A DNA stretch of 64,000 bases, from the NCBI RefSeq assembly GCF_009914755.1, contig NC_060948.1; one strand, given 5' to 3'. Position 1 is the first letter of the stretch, and each line of letters opens with the position of its first letter. The stretch is from the human T2T-CHM13v2.0 reference genome, Homo sapiens. The notes under the pieces are model-generated. The model was not told where the DNA came from. It made no database searches and was given only the letters and a program-made list of their open reading frames with translations. Both the position numbers and the translations under genes were made by a program. This document shows, one piece after another, positions 58,170-64,000 of the stretch.

Positions 58170-58742
58170 AGATCCACATTTTTTAAATGAAAAAAAATTT
58201 CAAAGGTACTCTGCTTGGTACAATAATCAAATGTATAAACTGAGGAATAAAACATAACCATGAAACCTACTTATAACTGCATATGGAAAATACAGAGGAT
58301 AATTTTTTAAATAACATATTTTGAAAGCCTTAACTAGTAATTTGAAGAGTTGGCATTTGAAAGGCCAGTATGAATATACCTTCAAAGCAGCAACACAGGT
58401 TCCCCATGAGGAAAAGCAAACTCAGGGAAAATAAAACCACAAAGGTTCAATCTCTTCTGACCTTTGAAAGACACAGCACAGACAGTGGTCCTTAGGACGA
58501 AGAGCAGGAGACCCCTAATTCCGTCACCATGGCGATAGGGCATAAACATTGCTGGGTGAGGGCACAATCCACATTGTGAGGTCCAACTGCTGCCAGGAAG
58601 ACAGGTGTGCTTTTACATAGACCGAAAGGTCATTGAAGGCTCAGAGTTTTGTTTCAAGAACTGAATCCCAAGCCCACACGTTATTAGGCTGCGCTTCTTA
58701 AAACATGTTATGAGATGGGAAAAAGGGCACCCACAAACATAC
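58170..58742. repeat. Moderate-GC non-Alu block of the DYZ2 unit (copy 1)
   Basis: Complex sequence repeated nearly identically at 60582-61153 and 63001-63572. Confidence 0.85.
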
Positions 58743-60581
<1,839 letters not shown>

Positions 60582-61153
60582 AGATCCATATTTTTTAAAT
60601 GAAAAAAAATTTCAAAGGTACTCTGCTTGGTACAATAATCAAATGTATAAACTGAGGAATAAAACATAACCATGAAACCTACTTATAACTGCATATGGAA
60701 AATACAGAGGATAATTTTTTAAATAACATATTTTGAAAGCCTTAACTAGTAATTTGAAGAGTTGGCATTTGAAAGGCCAGTATGAATATACCTTCAAAGC
60801 AGCAACACAGGTTCCCCATGAGAAAAAGCAAACTCAGGGAAAATAAAACCACAAAGGTTCAATCTCTTCTGACCTTTGAAAGACACAGCACAGACAGTGG
60901 TCCTTAGGACGAAGAGCAGGAGACCCCTAATTCCGTCACCATGGCGATAGGGCATAAACATTGCTGGGTGAGGGCACAATCCACATTGTGAGGTCCAACT
61001 GCTGCCAGGAAGACAGGAGTGCTTTTACATAGACCGAAAGGTCATTGAAGGCTCAGAGTTTTGTTTCAAGAACTGAATCCCAAGCCCACACTTTATTAGG
61101 CTGCGCTTCTTAAAACAAGTTATGAGATGGGAAAAAGGGCACCCACAAACATA
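60582..61153. repeat. Moderate-GC block of DYZ2 (copy 2)
   Basis: Near-identical to 58170-58742. Confidence 0.85.
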
Positions 61154-62708
61154 CGTATACATTATGTATATAATAATATACAGTATCATATATATAATAT
61201 ATATAACCTATGTATAATATTGTTTTACATCCTGCATCTTATATTATATATATTGTATAAAATATAATAATTGATAATATATAAGTTTTATATTTATACA
61301 ATATGACATATAGTATATATTATAATTTATGACATATATAATATATGTTATATATCATATATAGAATATATTACACGGTTAATATACGTATTAAATACAA
61401 ATTATACATTATATATATTATATATAATATATCTGCTATATATAATACCCATTATGCATAATATATATATTATGTCTATGTTATATATAGTATAAAACAA
61501 CATATAATAATATATAATTGTATATATAAAATGCGACATATAATATATATTATATTTTATGACATATGTAATATATATTATATATTATATATAATACGTT
61601 GTATGTATAATACCTATATTAAATATATATTATATGACTATGTTATTAATTACATGTCACATGTGTTATATATTATTTATTTTACACAGAATATACCGGT
61701 TACATACAATATATACTATGTTACCTACAATGTATAATTTATTACATGTAAAATAAAGAATGCAATATATTATGTATAATTTATAATATACAATATGTGG
61801 AATGTGATATATATAACATATAATATATGATATATGATATACAGTATATGATATATAACATACAATATATGATACCTAATATATATGGTATACAATATAT
61901 ATTTTATGATATGTATTCTCTATGTTTTATATTCTGTTATATATAACTATTTGAAATTATATATAACTGTATAATATTTTATGTAAATATGTAATATAAT
62001 ATATATAAAAATATAATATATTATATATAACTATATATTATGTTATATATACTTTTATAACATTATTTACATAAAATATCATAATATAATATATATTATA
62101 TTATTTCATATTACATAATATATATTACATATCACCCAATATAAGTAACATACATAATATTATAATATAGATTATATTATGTTATATTAAATATCATATA
62201 TATCATGTATCATATATTCGATAATATATATTATACATTATATAATATGTATGTTGTCTATTATGTGATACATATAACTATATATATAATTATATTATTA
62301 TACATATAACTAGATAAACATGAAATTCTACATATTTTCATTTATAATATATAGAATTATATAATCATATATAATTATTTATATTCTATAAAAATTATAT
62401 CATTATATAAATTATAATATATAAAAATTATAATATGTACTACAAATATATATAGTATATATCATATATGATATAGTACCTTTGTTATATATCATAATAC
62501 ATATAAATGTGTATTATGTTATCTATAATTATATAATTTCATATATAAGATGTATAATATGTATTATATATTATATATGTTATGTAATATATATAGTATA
62601 TATAAGATGACACAGGATAAATATTATATACTATGACATATAAAATATATGAGGTTATATGTTACATATAAGGCATAGCACATAACATGTAATATATATC
62701 ATATATAA
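61154..62708. repeat. AT-rich block of DYZ2
   Basis: Homologous to 58743-60289. Confidence 0.9.
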
Positions 62709-63000
62709 TTTTTTTTTAGACAGAGTCTTGTCCTGTTGCACAGGGTGGAGTACAATGGCGCCATCTTTGCTCAATGCAACATCTGCCTCACGGGTCCAAG
62801 CGATTGTCTTCCCTCAGCCTCCCAGGTAGCTGGGACTACACCACACTGGGACTACACCAGCTGCCACCATGCCTAGCAAATTTTTTGGATTTTTAGTAGT
62901 GACAGCGTTTCACTGTATTGGAGAGGATGTTCTTGATCTCTTCACCTTGTGATCCCCTTGCCTTGGCCTCCAAATTTGCTGGGATTACAGGCCTGAGCCA
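62709..63000 (-). mobile_element. DYZ2 constitutive Alu (copy 3)
   Basis: Same as copy 2 at +2419. Confidence 0.93.
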
Positions 63001-63572
63001 AGATCCATATTTTTTAAATGAAAAAAAATTTCAAAAGTACTCTGCTTGGTACAATAATCAAATGTATAAACTGAGGAATAAAACATAACCATGAAACCTA
63101 CTTATAACTGCATATGGAAAATACAGAGGATAATTTTTTAAATAACATATTTTGAAAGCCTTAACTAGTAATTTGAAGAGTTGGCATTTGAAAGGCCAGT
63201 ATGAATATACCTTCAAAGCAGCAACACAGGTTCCCCATGAGAAAAAGCAAACTCAGGGAAAATAAAACCACAAAGGTTCAATCTCTTCTGACCTTTGAAA
63301 GACACAGCACAGACAGTGGTCCTTAGGACGAAGAGCAGGAGACCCCTAATTCCGTCACCATGGCGATAGGGCATAAACATTGCTGGGTGAGGGCACAATC
63401 CACATTGTGAGGTCCAACTGCTGCCAGGAAGACAGGAGTGCTTTTACATAGACCGAAAGGTCATTGAAGGCTCAGAGTTTTGTTTCAAGAACTGAATCCC
63501 AAGCCCACACGTTATTAGGCTGCGCTTCTTAAAACAAGTGATGAGATGGGAAAAAGGGCACCCACAAACATA
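63001..63572. repeat. Moderate-GC block of DYZ2 (copy 3)
   Basis: Near-identical to 60582-61153. Confidence 0.85.
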
Positions 63573-64000
63573 CGTATACATTATGTATATAATAATATAC
63601 AGTATCATATATATAATATATATAACCTATGTATAATATTGTTTTACATCCTGCATCTTATATTATATATATTGTATAAAATATAATAATTGATAATATA
63701 TAAGTTTTATATTTATACAATATGACATATAGTATATATTATAATTTATGACATATATATTATATGTTATATATCATATATAGAATATATTACACGGTTA
63801 ATATACGTATTAAATACAAATTATACATTATATATATTATATATAATATATCTGCTATATATAATACCCATTATGCATAATATATATATTATGTCTATGT
63901 TATATATAGTATAAAACAACATATAATAATATATAATTGTATATATAAAATGCGACATATAATATATATTATATTTTATGACATATGTAATATATATTAT
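63573..64000. repeat. AT-rich block of DYZ2, truncated by window end
   Basis: Matches 61154-61581. Confidence 0.9.

Noticed and set aside
58382-58567. 61-aa ORF MCPHPAMFMPY... repeated at 60794 and 63213
   Set aside because: Short, with no recognisable domain. Its recurrence simply reflects the tandem repeat.
61531-61737. 68-aa Tyr/Ile-rich ORF
   Set aside because: Low-complexity AT-rich translation that is not listed for the preceding unit.

Overview
Human Yq12-type heterochromatin with no credible protein-coding gene. Positions 1-56840 are a DYZ1 (HSat3) array: diverged (GGAAT)n pentamers organised as about 16 head-to-tail units of 3539-3569 bp. At 56840/56841 the sequence switches abruptly to a DYZ2 (HSat1B) array of ~2.41-2.42 kb units, each made of an AT-rich block, an old minus-strand Alu and a ~570 bp moderate-GC block. 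The first DYZ2 unit has a ~760 bp deletion and a very young, 5'-truncated AluY(c1-like) insertion with a 10-bp target-site duplication. That insertion forms a tail-to-tail inverted pair with the resident Alu. All listed ORFs are translation artefacts of repeats. The most interesting hidden signal is three perfect canonical heat-shock elements (nGAAnnTTCnnGAAn) retained in every DYZ1 unit (48 in the window). Shared variants also reveal nested 7.1 kb and 17.8 kb duplications. I cannot support a wholly new gene system here; the candidate novelties are regulatory and structural.
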